Shown: positions 1-9,684, counted from the stretch's first letter. The stretch: 64,000 bases of DNA from Armatimonadota bacterium (GCA_037442365.1 JBBIQK010000003.1:40526-104525), one strand, 5' to 3'. Notes: generated from the sequence alone by a model not told the origin. A program made the numbers and translations.

Positions 1-1
1 C

Positions 2-157
2 GGTTTGCTCGCGGCGCTGCGCGGCGTCGAGATTGTCGCCGTGCCGCTGGACGACGCCTTGCAAGCGCCCAAACTGGTACCCTACGAGCTTTATGAGGAG
101 GCGCGGCAGATTTTCCAGCGCGTGGCGCTACAGCCACAGCGCAGCGGAGCGGGTTAA
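2..157 (+). CDS. pfkA: 6-phosphofructokinase, C-terminal fragment (gene starts before the window)
   Basis: Frame 2 reads GLLAALRGVEIVAVPLDDALQAPKLVPYELYEEARQIF..., resembling PfkA C-termini; TAA at 155-157. Confidence 0.65.
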   Translation, partial: GLLAALRGVEIVAVPLDDALQAPKLVPYELYEEARQIFQRVALQPQRSGAG

Positions 158-784
158 CGCCTGCAGATTGCCCAGTGCGCGCTGGTGAATCTCGCCGAGA
201 ATCGCCTGCACCACCATCGGATGATAACGCGCGCCGGCGCCCTGCTTGAGGACCGACGAGGCGGTATCGGCGTCGGCACTCTCGGCGATGCGGGTCCAAT
301 CGTCGAGCGCGCTCAGAATATGGGCGCTGAGCGGCGCGTCGGGCTGCTCGCTGTAGACCACATGGTGCAGACGCACAATCGGAGCGACTTGCCAGAGTCC
401 CGGAATCTGTTCTGTGATGGAGGCGCTGATTTCGGCATGACGGGCGATTAGCTCGAGTTCCGCTTGTGTAAACGGCGTCTGCTTGTTCAGCACCGGGTAG
501 GGGATGGCGACCATCCCGATGTCGCGCAGGTAGACCGCCAGCTCCATCCGCCGGCGTTCGTGTAGGGGGACGCCAAGCCGCTGGGCGACGGCGCTTGCCA
601 GTTCCGCCAGCGGTTCGGCGCTCGTGTAGCGTCCCTGCGTGCGCAACTCGATGAGTCGAGCAAAGGCGCGCAGCCCCTCACAGCGCCAGCGATGAATCCG
701 TGCAGGCAACACCACGAACGCATAGTACGCCAGCGCCGCGATCGATGCGACTGTTATCCCAAATGCCCACCAGACGCCTTGCAT
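128..784 (-). CDS. Degenerate HD-GYP domain protein with one N-terminal TM helix
   Basis: ATG 784 directly after upstream stop; LRDIG replaces LHDIG, ILNK-like VLNK and HH kept, GYP loop absent. Confidence 0.8.
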   Translation of the reverse strand: MQGVWWAFGITVASIAALAYYAFVVLPARIHRWRCEGLRAFARLIELRTQGRYTSAEPLAELASAVAQRLGVPLHERRRMELAVYLRDIGMVAIPYPVLNKQTPFTQAELELIARHAEISASITEQIPGLWQVAPIVRLHHVVYSEQPDAPLSAHILSALDDWTRIAESADADTASSVLKQGAGARYHPMVVQAILGEIHQRALGNLQALTRSAALWL

Positions 785-785
785 C

Positions 786-2093
786 CTACAAAGTTGCCCC
801 CGCTTCGCGCTTTCTGCGCCAGTCCTGCACCACTTTCGTAAACACCTGAACCACCTGCGCATCGAACTGCGTCCCTGCCGCGCGCTCCAACTCCGCAATC
901 GCTTCATCGAGGGTCAGGGGACGCTTGTGCGGGCGCCGCTGATTCGGCGCTTCGCCGCCAATCATCGCATCGAACGCATCGACCACAGCAATCACACGCG
1001 CCTCCACAGGAATCTGCTCGCCTTTTAGACCGAAAGGATACCCTGTACCGTCTGGACGCTCATGGTGCATCGCAATCCAGGGGATAATCGGCGCGAGGAA
1101 GGGGGTGTCCCGGAGAATCTCCGCGCCGAGCTGGGGATGTTTCCGAATCTCTGCCCACTCCTCCGGGGCGAGCCGAGCAGGCTTGTTGAGTATCTGCTCA
1201 TCCAGCACAGTTTTGCCGAGGTCATGCAGCAGCGCGGCTTCATAGACCAGCTCGCATCGGTCAGGCGGCAGTCCCAACTTTTCCGCGACGCGGCGCGCCC
1301 ACAACGAGACGCGCTGCAGATGCCCCCCAGTATAGGGATGCGCCCGTTGCACCAGAAAGCCCAGACTGCGGATCGTCTGATGGTAGAGTTCCTGCTGGCG
1401 CCGCGCGAGGATGAACGCCTGACGCAACGCCAGATACGGCGCCAGCACGCCGAGCAGTCCGACGGCCCCATACGCCTGGAGCGCCGCCATTGCCAGAAAG
1501 GAAATCGGGGTCATCAACGCCACATCACGGGGCAGGCTCAGAACCGTCTGCGCCAGCACCCAGCGCGCACGCACGCCTTCCGCCAGCGCCACCGTTATAC
1601 TCATCAACACGGCGTTGATGAGCATGTAGGTCGCTAACCCCAGCATTAACGCGCCCAGCGCCTGGAGGCTCCACACCCCCGATTCGGGGTTGAACACCGC
1701 CGCCGTCGCTATGCCAGCGCCCGATGCGCTCAGGACGCTCTGGAAAGTATTGATCGCGACCCACCGCGGATGCGTCGCGCGCGACGACACCATCACAGCG
1801 CCTGCAACGAGGGTCGTCAATGCATCCAGCCAGACACCGAACTGTGCCCCATACACCAGCATGACGGCAATCACAATCGGCATGCTGACACTGAGCCAGA
1901 CGCCCCGATCGTTGTATTCAGGGCGAAGAGGGTAGCGTATCAACAGCAACTCGGCGGCTATTGCCAGCAACGCCACAGTGCCAAGCGCACCCAGCAGGTG
2001 CTCCCGAATCAGCGGCGCGCCCGCCAGCGCCAGTGCGCCCGTGGCAGCCACGCCTGAAATGACCATCCAGACTCCGATCCGCTTCCGTCGCAT
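786..2093 (-). CDS. Multi-TM HD-GYP phosphodiesterase
   Basis: About 7 hydrophobic segments, then YTGGH, LLHDLGK, HHERPDGTGYP, VVDAFDAM; start uncertain. Confidence 0.9.
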   Translation of the reverse strand: MRRKRIGVWMVISGVAATGALALAGAPLIREHLLGALGTVALLAIAAELLLIRYPLRPEYNDRGVWLSVSMPIVIAVMLVYGAQFGVWLDALTTLVAGAVMVSSRATHPRWVAINTFQSVLSASGAGIATAAVFNPESGVWSLQALGALMLGLATYMLINAVLMSITVALAEGVRARWVLAQTVLSLPRDVALMTPISFLAMAALQAYGAVGLLGVLAPYLALRQAFILARRQQELYHQTIRSLGFLVQRAHPYTGGHLQRVSLWARRVAEKLGLPPDRCELVYEAALLHDLGKTVLDEQILNKPARLAPEEWAEIRKHPQLGAEILRDTPFLAPIIPWIAMHHERPDGTGYPFGLKGEQIPVEARVIAVVDAFDAMIGGEAPNQRRPHKRPLTLDEAIAELERAAGTQFDAQVVQVFTKVVQDWRRKREAGATL

Positions 2094-2143
2094 ACAATTC
2101 CAGAAGGGGCAAGGCAAGCGTCCCTACCCAGTGCCTCAAAGGA

Positions 2144-2275
2144 TTACGGAACCTGCACGACCTCAGGCGTGCGCTCCACAGGGTCGTCCCAGCGATGCGG
2201 ATAGTACACCCGCTTCGCACTGGCAACAGACAGCATCGCCACGACCATTGCCATCAGAATGAGCCACCGTTTCAT
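2144..2275 (-). CDS. Small secreted peptide, 43 aa (MKRWLILMAMVVAMLSVASAKRVYYPHRWDDPVERTPEVVQVP), not in ORF track
   Basis: AGGAGGG RBS 7 nt before ATG; Sec-type signal peptide ending A-S-A; co-oriented within operon. Confidence 0.75.
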   Translation of the reverse strand: MKRWLILMAMVVAMLSVASAKRVYYPHRWDDPVERTPEVVQVP

Positions 2276-2354
2276 CGACTGTCCCTCCTATAGTGAGAAT
2301 GGTCAGCCGCTCGTGGTCGCTCCGCTCGTGCTTGCCTTGCCCATGGGGTGCGCT

Positions 2355-3071
2355 TCAGGCGCGCCCCAAATCGTTTTCTGTGCTTGCCGCCGTGGGTTCA
2401 CTGAGCTGTGCCACGGCGGTCGCCTCCATATCGGTCGGGAACGCGGACACGCGCCGATTCACAGCGTCCAGCGTCGCCAGCCCGACAGCGCGCAGGGTGT
2501 CCTGGCGGATCAGCGCGCTCCCGACCAGCAGGTCCTCGCCCTGTTCGCGCACCGCGCTCACCAGCACAATCGCGACGGGATAGCTGCCGACGGTCGCTGT
2601 GGTGGACACATCCTCCAGCCCGAACCGCTCGCACAGCCCGTGCGCCGCTTCCACGGCGCGCAGCGTCGCTGAGGCGACCAGACGCGGAATTTGCGTGCTG
2701 GCGCGCACCCCAGACGCTACGCCGCGATAGACCGTGCCGTTGCGCTCCAACAAGACCGCAACGACCGCGCGCGTCCCCTCATGGGTAATTTGAACATCCA
2801 GCCAGCGCAGGCGATTGGGGTCAGCAAGCTTCGAGGCGCTCCCCTTCTGAGCAACACTTACCTTCCGATGATCGACATGAATCCCGAAATGCGCCAGGAG
2901 CGCGGACTCCACATCGCGCACGGCTTGCTTCGGATTGCGCTCGGCTTCCACCAGCAAATGAATCTCCTGGATCAGACCGTTCTCGTCCGCGACAACCCGT
3001 GCGCCGCATACGCCGCGCAACTCCCTCAGCACACTCTCTATCTGTGTGGCGCTGTGTCTGCGATCCGGCAT
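2355..3071 (-). CDS. Conserved hypothetical cytoplasmic protein
   Basis: GGAGGAG RBS before MPDRR; IQEIHLL...RNPKQAVRDVES motif; two A(T/S)LxA(V)-type helical repeats. Confidence 0.75.
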   Translation of the reverse strand: MPDRRHSATQIESVLRELRGVCGARVVADENGLIQEIHLLVEAERNPKQAVRDVESALLAHFGIHVDHRKVSVAQKGSASKLADPNRLRWLDVQITHEGTRAVVAVLLERNGTVYRGVASGVRASTQIPRLVASATLRAVEAAHGLCERFGLEDVSTTATVGSYPVAIVLVSAVREQGEDLLVGSALIRQDTLRAVGLATLDAVNRRVSAFPTDMEATAVAQLSEPTAASTENDLGRA

Positions 3072-3301
3072 GACTCTCTCCTCCACCGCCGAAAGCCGAC
3101 CTATTCCTCACCCTCGCGAGTCATGCCTTCAAGATGCTGAGGAATTATACTCCCTACGCCATGCGATTCCTGCAAGAATTTCGGGGAATTTCGGGTTAAA
3201 TTCCCGTAAAACTGCGTGTAGGGACGACTTTAACCGACCGTTAATGCGTTTTTACCTGCCCTTAAACTTGCGCGAAGTAGACTTTTGCTCGGAGGTACGC
3301 C

Positions 3302-4180
3302 ATGCGCAAAAACGGTTTTACACTGATTGAACTGCTGGTTGTTATCGCGATTATCGCCATTCTTGCGGCGATTCTGTTCCCTGTGTTCGCTCAGGCGCGC
3401 GAGAGCGCACGCAAGTCGTCCTGTCTGTCCAACGCGCGTCAGATTGGGTTGGCGGGAATGATGTACGCCCAGGATTGGGATGAGATCCTGCCAGAGACGG
3501 GCTGGGTCGGTCCCTGCAGCAGCCCGACGCCGAACGCCAGCGGTGTTTACGCCATCGGCGACGACTACTTCAGCGGCGTGTTCTCGTTCCCCATCGCTAG
3601 CGGACCCTACATTAAGAATTGGAACATCTTCCAATGCCCCAGCGATCCCGACAAAGGCGGGTTCAACAAGCTGAATTCGTTCTGCTACGAGGCGCAGCTG
3701 CTGGCGGTGCGCATGCCGGGCGCGTATGCGGGCATGCGCAGCGTGGTCAATGCAATGCGCAGTGTATTCCCGCTCTCCTACGCGGGCAACTACTTCCTGA
3801 GCCGAACCTACGATCCCGGTTTCGACCGCAACAACTATCGCGGCGAAAAGATGCGCCCGCTGGCGGGCATCAACTTCCCCTCGAACACCTTCTTTATTGC
3901 CGATGTAGGCAGCAACATCGCCTCGAACGGCAACGCCTTCGCCGCGTGGTACATCGCGCCGGGCTACGGCAACAATCAGGGCGACACGCGCTGGCGCAAG
4001 GGACGCCGCCACCAGGAAGGACGCAACTGGACCTTCTGCGACGGACACGCCAAGTTCTACAAAGACCCTGCCTTCGAGATCAATGGCGCGCCGCGCTCGC
4101 AACTGGAGATTACCTACGAGTACCAGGCGCGCGGCATCTACACTTTCCCCGAAACCACCGGTCCCGACTACCGTCGATAA
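3302..4180 (+). CDS. Prepilin-type N-terminal cleavage/methylation protein (DUF1559-like, C-terminal H-X9-DG motif)
   Basis: [30 protein letters not shown]; [13 protein letters not shown]. Confidence 0.92.
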   Translation: MRKNGFTLIELLVVIAIIAILAAILFPVFAQARESARKSSCLSNARQIGLAGMMYAQDWDEILPETGWVGPCSSPTPNASGVYAIGDDYFSGVFSFPIASGPYIKNWNIFQCPSDPDKGGFNKLNSFCYEAQLLAVRMPGAYAGMRSVVNAMRSVFPLSYAGNYFLSRTYDPGFDRNNYRGEKMRPLAGINFPSNTFFIADVGSNIASNGNAFAAWYIAPGYGNNQGDTRWRKGRRHQEGRNWTFCDGHAKFYKDPAFEINGAPRSQLEITYEYQARGIYTFPETTGPDYRR

Positions 4181-4199
4181 TCTACAGACCTCCTTTACT

Positions 4200-4230
4200 C
4201 AAGGCGTCCGCCTGCCCCGCGGACGCCTTG
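4200..4230. terminator. Hairpin between convergent genes
   Basis: CAAGGCGTCCGC / GCGGACGCCTTG inverted repeat. Confidence 0.7.
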
Positions 4231-4233
4231 GTG

Positions 4234-5025
4234 TTATTCTGGCTCGCGCTCAACCAGCGCGCCCCGCTTGTAGAGTTCCCACACGCGAAACACCGAGTTT
4301 TTGTGCGGGCGGATTTTGCAATGTTCGTCCTCGTTGCGCTTCTCATCGCAGTAGCCCAGCGGCACGCACTTGGGTACCAGCAGCCTGCCAAAGTACGGAT
4401 CTGCCGCCATCACCTCTTTGCGAATCAGCTTGAACAGCTGCCGAATCTCCCACTGCGCTAAGGTACACAGGCGTAGCCCCGCCATGTGCAGCAGTTGGCG
4501 TAGGTTCACCGTCATAATCAGGTTCGTGGTCACGGCGTTGGGGAAGATGAACCGCGCGTCTTCGGCGGGAATGCCCTGCTCCAGGAAGCGGTGGTAAATC
4601 TCCTCGCTCACATCTCGGAACCGCTCAAACTCCTGAAGGGCGTCAGGGTTCGCTTCGATGCTGGGCGGGGTCACATATTGCGGCTCTTTGTATTTCACAT
4701 AGCGCTGGCTCTGCTGGTCGAACGCCACACCGATGCGATGGCGCACCAGCTGGTGGCTCAGCGCGCGGCTCACCCCCGCAATCGCGAAGGTGAAGCTGAT
4801 ATGCTCGATGGTGCTGTGATGCCCCGAATCGACCACATGCTCAATCAAGCGCATCACCCGTTCTGGGGGCGTTTTCTCACTGACGAATTCGTCCCAGATT
4901 TGCTGGGGCGTTTTTTCGCTGTAGCAGGTGCGCGCCGCCAGATAGATCAGCCCGCGATAATACTTGCGAATCGTCTCCGCTTCGGGGAACACCAGCGAGA
5001 CCTCCATCACGCCGCGTTTTGCCAT
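4234..5025 (-). CDS. thyX: FAD-dependent thymidylate synthase
   Basis: GHHSTIEH, HQLVRHR, QQSQRY, AQWEIR motifs. Confidence 0.95.
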   Translation of the reverse strand: MAKRGVMEVSLVFPEAETIRKYYRGLIYLAARTCYSEKTPQQIWDEFVSEKTPPERVMRLIEHVVDSGHHSTIEHISFTFAIAGVSRALSHQLVRHRIGVAFDQQSQRYVKYKEPQYVTPPSIEANPDALQEFERFRDVSEEIYHRFLEQGIPAEDARFIFPNAVTTNLIMTVNLRQLLHMAGLRLCTLAQWEIRQLFKLIRKEVMAADPYFGRLLVPKCVPLGYCDEKRNEDEHCKIRPHKNSVFRVWELYKRGALVEREPE

Positions 5026-5156
5026 ACTGCTTGTTTTCGTCGGCGACGATGAATCTCCTGCTCTCGCATGAACCGTAAGGGGGGTGTTGCATTTTTCCGC
5101 AAATTTTGTGCATTCGCGCCATTGCGGTGTATAGTAAACGCATGGAGGTCAGACCG

Positions 5157-6890
5157 ATGAAACGCGCTTTTGTGCTTGGGTTTGTGATTGCGCTGGCGCT
5201 TCTGTGCGTCAGCCCTGTCGTCGCGCAACCGTTCACCTATCAGGGCGTCCTCAGACAAAACGGGCAACCCGTGAACGGCACGCGCAGCATCAGCTTCAAA
5301 CTCTTCACCGCGCCCACAGACGGCTCCCAGGTGGGCAGTACCCTCACCCAGAATGTAAATGTGCAGAACGGGCTGTTTACCGTAGAACTGAACTTTGGGA
5401 ATGTGTGGGACGGCTCGGATCGCTACCTGGAGATTAGCGTCGGTTCCACCACGCTTTCGCCCCGTGTGAAAATCAACCCGACGCCGTATGCCAGTTATGC
5501 AGGGACTGCTTTCTTCGCCCAGCGTCCGTGGCAGACTGCAGGGAGCAACATCTTCTACAACGCGGGCAATGTAGGGATTGGTACAGGTAGTCCCAGCGAA
5601 CGCCTGCATGTCAACGGCAATATCCGCCTTGCGGACGACCGCAGCATCTTCGGGCTGGATCAGCTGGTGGGTTTCAACGACCTGTGCCTGTATGGCGATG
5701 CGATGGGTGGTCCCGATGTCTACATCGCTGCCAACGGCAATGTCGGGATTGGCACAACTAGCCCGTCGGCGCGCCTGTCGCTGGGAGGCGGCATCGCCAC
5801 CAACACGAAGCTCGCCCTCTGGGACGGGGGCGCGTCAGGCGTGATGGGGTTTGGCGTGGGACCCTCCCAGTTTCGCATTCACCTGCCCAGCCCCAGCAAT
5901 CGCTTCTCGTTTCTGGACGCGCCTGCAGGCAACGAAATCCTCACCATTCAGGGCAGTGGCAATGTAGGGATTGGAATTATCAGTCCACAGGCGCGCTTGC
6001 ATGTGAACGGTGGTGACGCCTTTTTCACGAACAACAACACCATGCTCCAGGTGCTGCCTGGCAATCTGCTGGGGCAGAGTCGGGTGGGCGCTGCCACGCT
6101 GGAGATCCCTGGCGATGGCACGATTGGTGTGTGGGATAACATGACCGTTTCGGGCACGCTGCGCGCCTACGGCAACCTGCATGTCGGGGGCAACTACTTC
6201 ACGCTCGGAGGCGGTACTGACCCAACATGGAGACGCGTTTATATGAGCGTACCAGATAGAGGCGGCGGTGCCTATGTAGGATTTTTGGAAGTACTCGGAG
6301 CGAATGGGCACGGTAACGCCAAGCTTTCAAATCTGACCGACTATCCCGATCATGGTGCCGTGACGGTTCATGATAGCAGTGGTACCGAGAGGGCAAAAAT
6401 CTATATTTCCAGCAGAGGGAGAGGCACTCTCGTTGCGGAGGATAAATTCTTCCGTGAGCCAGACCCTGACGACCCCACGCGCGACATCTGGTACGGCTGT
6501 ATCGAGGGTCCCGAACTCGCGATGTATGTGCGCGGCACGGCGCGGCTCGTCAACGGGCGCGCCCGCGTCGAACTGCCCGACCACTTCCGCAAACTCGCCG
6601 ACGAACAGGGCATGACCGTGCAGCTGACCCCTCTCTCGCCTGAGTCTAAAGGCTTGTGCGTTGTGCGCAAGGGGCTGGATGGGATTGAAGTTGCGGAGCT
6701 GCTGAACGGGCGGGGCAACTACGAGTTTGACTGGGAAGTGAAAGCCGTGCGCAAAGACCATCGCGACTTCCGCGTGTACCGCCCGTGGGATGAAGTCCTG
6801 ATTGCAGGCGACGACCCCGCGCAGGCGTGGGAAGCGCGCCTGAAGTCCATCGAAGCGCGCAAAGCCCGACAACAGGAGGTGAATCCATGA
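5157..6890 (+). CDS. Secreted fibre-like protein with GNVGIG repeats and a C-terminal intramolecular chaperone (S74-like) region
   Basis: Signal peptide, FTYQG N-domain, three GNVGIG repeats, KFFREPDP...WYGCIEGPE...RGTARL tail; GGAGG RBS. Confidence 0.75.
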   Translation: MKRAFVLGFVIALALLCVSPVVAQPFTYQGVLRQNGQPVNGTRSISFKLFTAPTDGSQVGSTLTQNVNVQNGLFTVELNFGNVWDGSDRYLEISVGSTTLSPRVKINPTPYASYAGTAFFAQRPWQTAGSNIFYNAGNVGIGTGSPSERLHVNGNIRLADDRSIFGLDQLVGFNDLCLYGDAMGGPDVYIAANGNVGIGTTSPSARLSLGGGIATNTKLALWDGGASGVMGFGVGPSQFRIHLPSPSNRFSFLDAPAGNEILTIQGSGNVGIGIISPQARLHVNGGDAFFTNNNTMLQVLPGNLLGQSRVGAATLEIPGDGTIGVWDNMTVSGTLRAYGNLHVGGNYFTLGGGTDPTWRRVYMSVPDRGGGAYVGFLEVLGANGHGNAKLSNLTDYPDHGAVTVHDSSGTERAKIYISSRGRGTLVAEDKFFREPDPDDPTRDIWYGCIEGPELAMYVRGTARLVNGRARVELPDHFRKLADEQGMTVQLTPLSPESKGLCVVRKGLDGIEVAELLNGRGNYEFDWEVKAVRKDHRDFRVYRPWDEVLIAGDDPAQAWEARLKSIEARKARQQEVNP

Positions 6891-7291
6891 GAACCCTGAT
6901 GCTGTGTGCGATTCTTGCGACACTGATAGGCGTCGCCTGCGCCCAGTCAGGCGGCGGCTACGACCTGAGCTGGTGGACGATTGACGGCGGCGGGGTCACC
7001 TTCGCCACAGGCGGCAGCTTCAACATGGGCGGCACGGTCGGTCAGCCCGACGCGAGCAGTGCGCTTACGGGGGGCAGCTACAGCCTCACGGGGGGCTTCT
7101 GGTTCGCGCCCGCGTGTGTGCCTACCAACGGCGATGTGGACGGCAGCGGCTGCGTGGACGACGCCGACCTATTGCAGGTGCTGTTCGCCTTCGGCGCGAC
7201 AGGCGCCAACCCCGCCGATGTGAACTGCGACGCCTCTGTCGACGACGCCGACCTGCTGATTGTGCTGTTCAACTTCGGTAGTGGCTGTTGA
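6887..7291 (+). CDS. Small secreted protein: YDLSWWTIDGGG domain plus dockerin-like C-terminus
   Basis: ATGA overlap with upstream gene; AGGAGG RBS; two DDADLLxVLFxFG repeats ending GC. Confidence 0.85.
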   Translation: MRTLMLCAILATLIGVACAQSGGGYDLSWWTIDGGGVTFATGGSFNMGGTVGQPDASSALTGGSYSLTGGFWFAPACVPTNGDVDGSGCVDDADLLQVLFAFGATGANPADVNCDASVDDADLLIVLFNFGSGC

Positions 7292-8581
7292 AAAGCGCCC
7301 CAGCACACGCCGGCGCCAGACCGCCGCGTGAGTCGCCCGCGACGCGCTGAACCGCTGGAGTCGGAGCCGCCACGCCTGCGCCTCCGACTCCAGCCCACAC
7401 TGGCACAGTACGCGCACCCACACCAGCGATTTATTAATGCACTGCTGGACGCGCTGCTCTTCGGGATCTGCCAGCACGGGATTGTCCTGCAGCACGCGCA
7501 GCGCCTGCTCGCTATGTCCGAGATTCGCCAGCACCAGCGCGTCGGAGAGGAGGATGTTCGGGTCTTCGTCGAGCCAGGGGCGGCTGCGTTGCTGGGCGGT
7601 GGCGTGGGCGTCGTGCGCCTCGCGTCGATAGCGCGAGAAGCTCAGGTACTCCGTGATGTTGCGCCAGAACCATGCGGCGTGTTCGGGGGCGTACCGCTCG
7701 GCGTGGGGGAGCCAGCGGCGCAGAATCTCGACGCCCTCCAGCGGCGCGAGGCGCGTCCCGCATTCCGACGCGCCTTTCGCCTGCGCGTGGATGATGTAGA
7801 ACCACTGGGGCGGCATCGGCTCCGTAGAGTCCATCAGTCGCAGGGCGCGGTAGACCGACGCTTGCGCGTCCTGCACACGCGCCTGCTCCACCAGGTAGCC
7901 GCAGTGGTAGGCGAAGGCGTCGATGAGCAGGCGCTTCGGTGCGCGGTTCGAACGCACCATCTGCCACAATCGTCCCTGAATGCCGCGATAGAGCAGGTCG
8001 GTTAGCTCCGGGGCGATGACGACCTCGTGGCGGCTGAGCGCCGTCAGCAGTTCGGCGATGTCGGCAGGCGACGAGGCTTCGATGGGCAGCCACACCAGCA
8101 CGCCCTGCCCGCCCTGCAGCGCCTGATGCTCTTCGGGGCTTGCGCCCAGCGCCTCGCAGAGCCGCGCCAGCTGCTCCGTGGAGGGCCAGCTCTCGGAACG
8201 CTCCCAGCGGCTCACCGTGCTGACCGTCACGCCCAGATGCAGCGCGACTCGCTCCTGAGTCCAGCCGCGGCGTTCCCGCAGCGCGTGCAACAGTTCGCCC
8301 CCCATCGGCGCTGTGCCGTCCAGCAGGGAGCCGCCGTTCACAGCGCCCGCCGCCAGCGGCGCGGCGCGTGGGGCGTTCAGCAACTGCCACGCACAGGCGC
8401 GCTCGTGCCCCCGCGCCTGCAGGGCGTTTAACACCGCCTCCAGCTCGTACACGCGCGGCAGAGTCGCGCCCGACTCCCAGCGGCTCAGAGTCGAGGCGCT
8501 CACTCTCGAAGCGCGCGCCAGCTGGCGCAACGACAGTCCCCTCGACGCACGCAGGCGACGCAAATGCTCTGCCAGACCCAT
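7169..8581 (-). CDS. XRE-family regulator with two HTH domains and a helical C-terminal region
   Basis: LSLRQLA...TLSRWESG and WTQERVA...TVSRWERS. Confidence 0.85.
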   Translation of the reverse strand: MGLAEHLRRLRASRGLSLRQLARASRVSASTLSRWESGATLPRVYELEAVLNALQARGHERACAWQLLNAPRAAPLAAGAVNGGSLLDGTAPMGGELLHALRERRGWTQERVALHLGVTVSTVSRWERSESWPSTEQLARLCEALGASPEEHQALQGGQGVLVWLPIEASSPADIAELLTALSRHEVVIAPELTDLLYRGIQGRLWQMVRSNRAPKRLLIDAFAYHCGYLVEQARVQDAQASVYRALRLMDSTEPMPPQWFYIIHAQAKGASECGTRLAPLEGVEILRRWLPHAERYAPEHAAWFWRNITEYLSFSRYRREAHDAHATAQQRSRPWLDEDPNILLSDALVLANLGHSEQALRVLQDNPVLADPEEQRVQQCINKSLVWVRVLCQCGLESEAQAWRLRLQRFSASRATHAAVWRRRVLGRFSTATTEVEQHNQQVGVVDRGVAVHIGGVGACRAEGEQHLQ

Positions 8582-8646
8582 GCGCGTACTCCCCAGTAGT
8601 ATTATAACACACTTCTGCAGAAGGCTCTCTCAGGTACACTTCGATT

Positions 8647-9108
8647 ATGCCACAAATACGCCGGGAAAGTCGAGAGCCAACGCCACAACAGCTGCGCCAG
8701 CTGGAACAGCGCGTCCATCGGCTGATTAACGAGCAGCGCACGCGCGCGAAACTGCCCGCGCTGGTCTGGCACGAACAGGTCGCTCAGGCGGCGCGCGACC
8801 ACAGCAAAAACATGGCGGAGCGCAACTTTTTTGACCATCACGACCCACGCATGGGCAATGTGGATCGGCGATTGAATCGGTTCCGTATCGCATGGCGCGC
8901 CTGCGGCGAGAATATTTTTATGCTTTCGGGCTACAGCAACCCCGCGCAGGTCGCCGTCGAGGGGTGGATGGACAGTCCGGGACATCGCGCCAACATCCTG
9001 TATCGGGAGTTCACCCACGCAGGGGTGGGAATCTACTATCGCCCGCGCGACAGGTGTTATTACCTGACTCAAATCTTTATCCGCCCGCCTGAGGGAACCA
9101 GACGCTAA
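8647..9108 (+). CDS. CAP (SCP-like) domain protein
   Basis: AARDHSKNM, GENI, WMDSPGHRANIL. Confidence 0.93.
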   Translation: MPQIRRESREPTPQQLRQLEQRVHRLINEQRTRAKLPALVWHEQVAQAARDHSKNMAERNFFDHHDPRMGNVDRRLNRFRIAWRACGENIFMLSGYSNPAQVAVEGWMDSPGHRANILYREFTHAGVGIYYRPRDRCYYLTQIFIRPPEGTRR

Positions 9109-9192
9109 TCAATCGGGTATCATCATGCAGAGCCTTCCCTGCTGGGGCGACACGAGCCGTGAAGCGTTCGTCGTTCTGGAGGGCAGCACGCG

Positions 9193-9657
9193 ATGCAGGA
9201 GCGTTCCGAGCGTCTCTCGCAGGCAATCGCGCAGGCGTTAGGATGGCTGCGTGTACGCGACCTTTCGACATATGAGCTGGCGCGCCGATTAGCCGCCAGA
9301 GGATATGCCGAGTCGGAAATCAGCGAAGCGACCGAGTGGCTTTGCGCGGAGGGCTACCTGTCGGATGAACGGTTGCAGCAACGCCTGACCGAACGGTTCA
9401 CTGTGGAACAGCCTTCGGGACGCCTGCGGATCGAGCAGGAGTTCGTCCGTCGTGGACTGAACCCGCCTGCACTGGAGGGCGATGAAGAGAGCCGCGCTGT
9501 GCAGGCGCTGCGCCTGCGCTTTGGCGAGCCGCCTGCCGTCTGGGTGCCGCGCCAGACCGCGCGCTGGTTCCGATTCCTGCTCCAGCGCGGCTTCGAACCC
9601 GAAGTCGCCCAGAACGCCCTGCGCCGCTGGAACCCGCGCCTGAACGACGAACTGTAG
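9193..9657 (+). CDS. recX: Regulatory protein RecX
   Basis: L-R--STYEL---L--RGY, GYLSD, FLLQRGF; upstream of rny. Confidence 0.85.
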   Translation: MQERSERLSQAIAQALGWLRVRDLSTYELARRLAARGYAESEISEATEWLCAEGYLSDERLQQRLTERFTVEQPSGRLRIEQEFVRRGLNPPALEGDEESRAVQALRLRFGEPPAVWVPRQTARWFRFLLQRGFEPEVAQNALRRWNPRLNDEL

Positions 9658-9684
9658 CCATCATCACGCTCAAGGAGGTTTTCT

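Noticed and set aside
3075-3300. Possible c-di-GMP riboswitch ahead of the HD-GYP operon
   Set aside because: An ATTCCTCA/TGAGGAAT inverted repeat and a GAATTTCGGG direct repeat exist, but I could not see the riboswitch consensus; needs an Infernal/Rfam search
5157-6890. Prophage suggested by tail-fibre-like gene
   Set aside because: Has a Sec signal peptide; no capsid, terminase or integrase nearby
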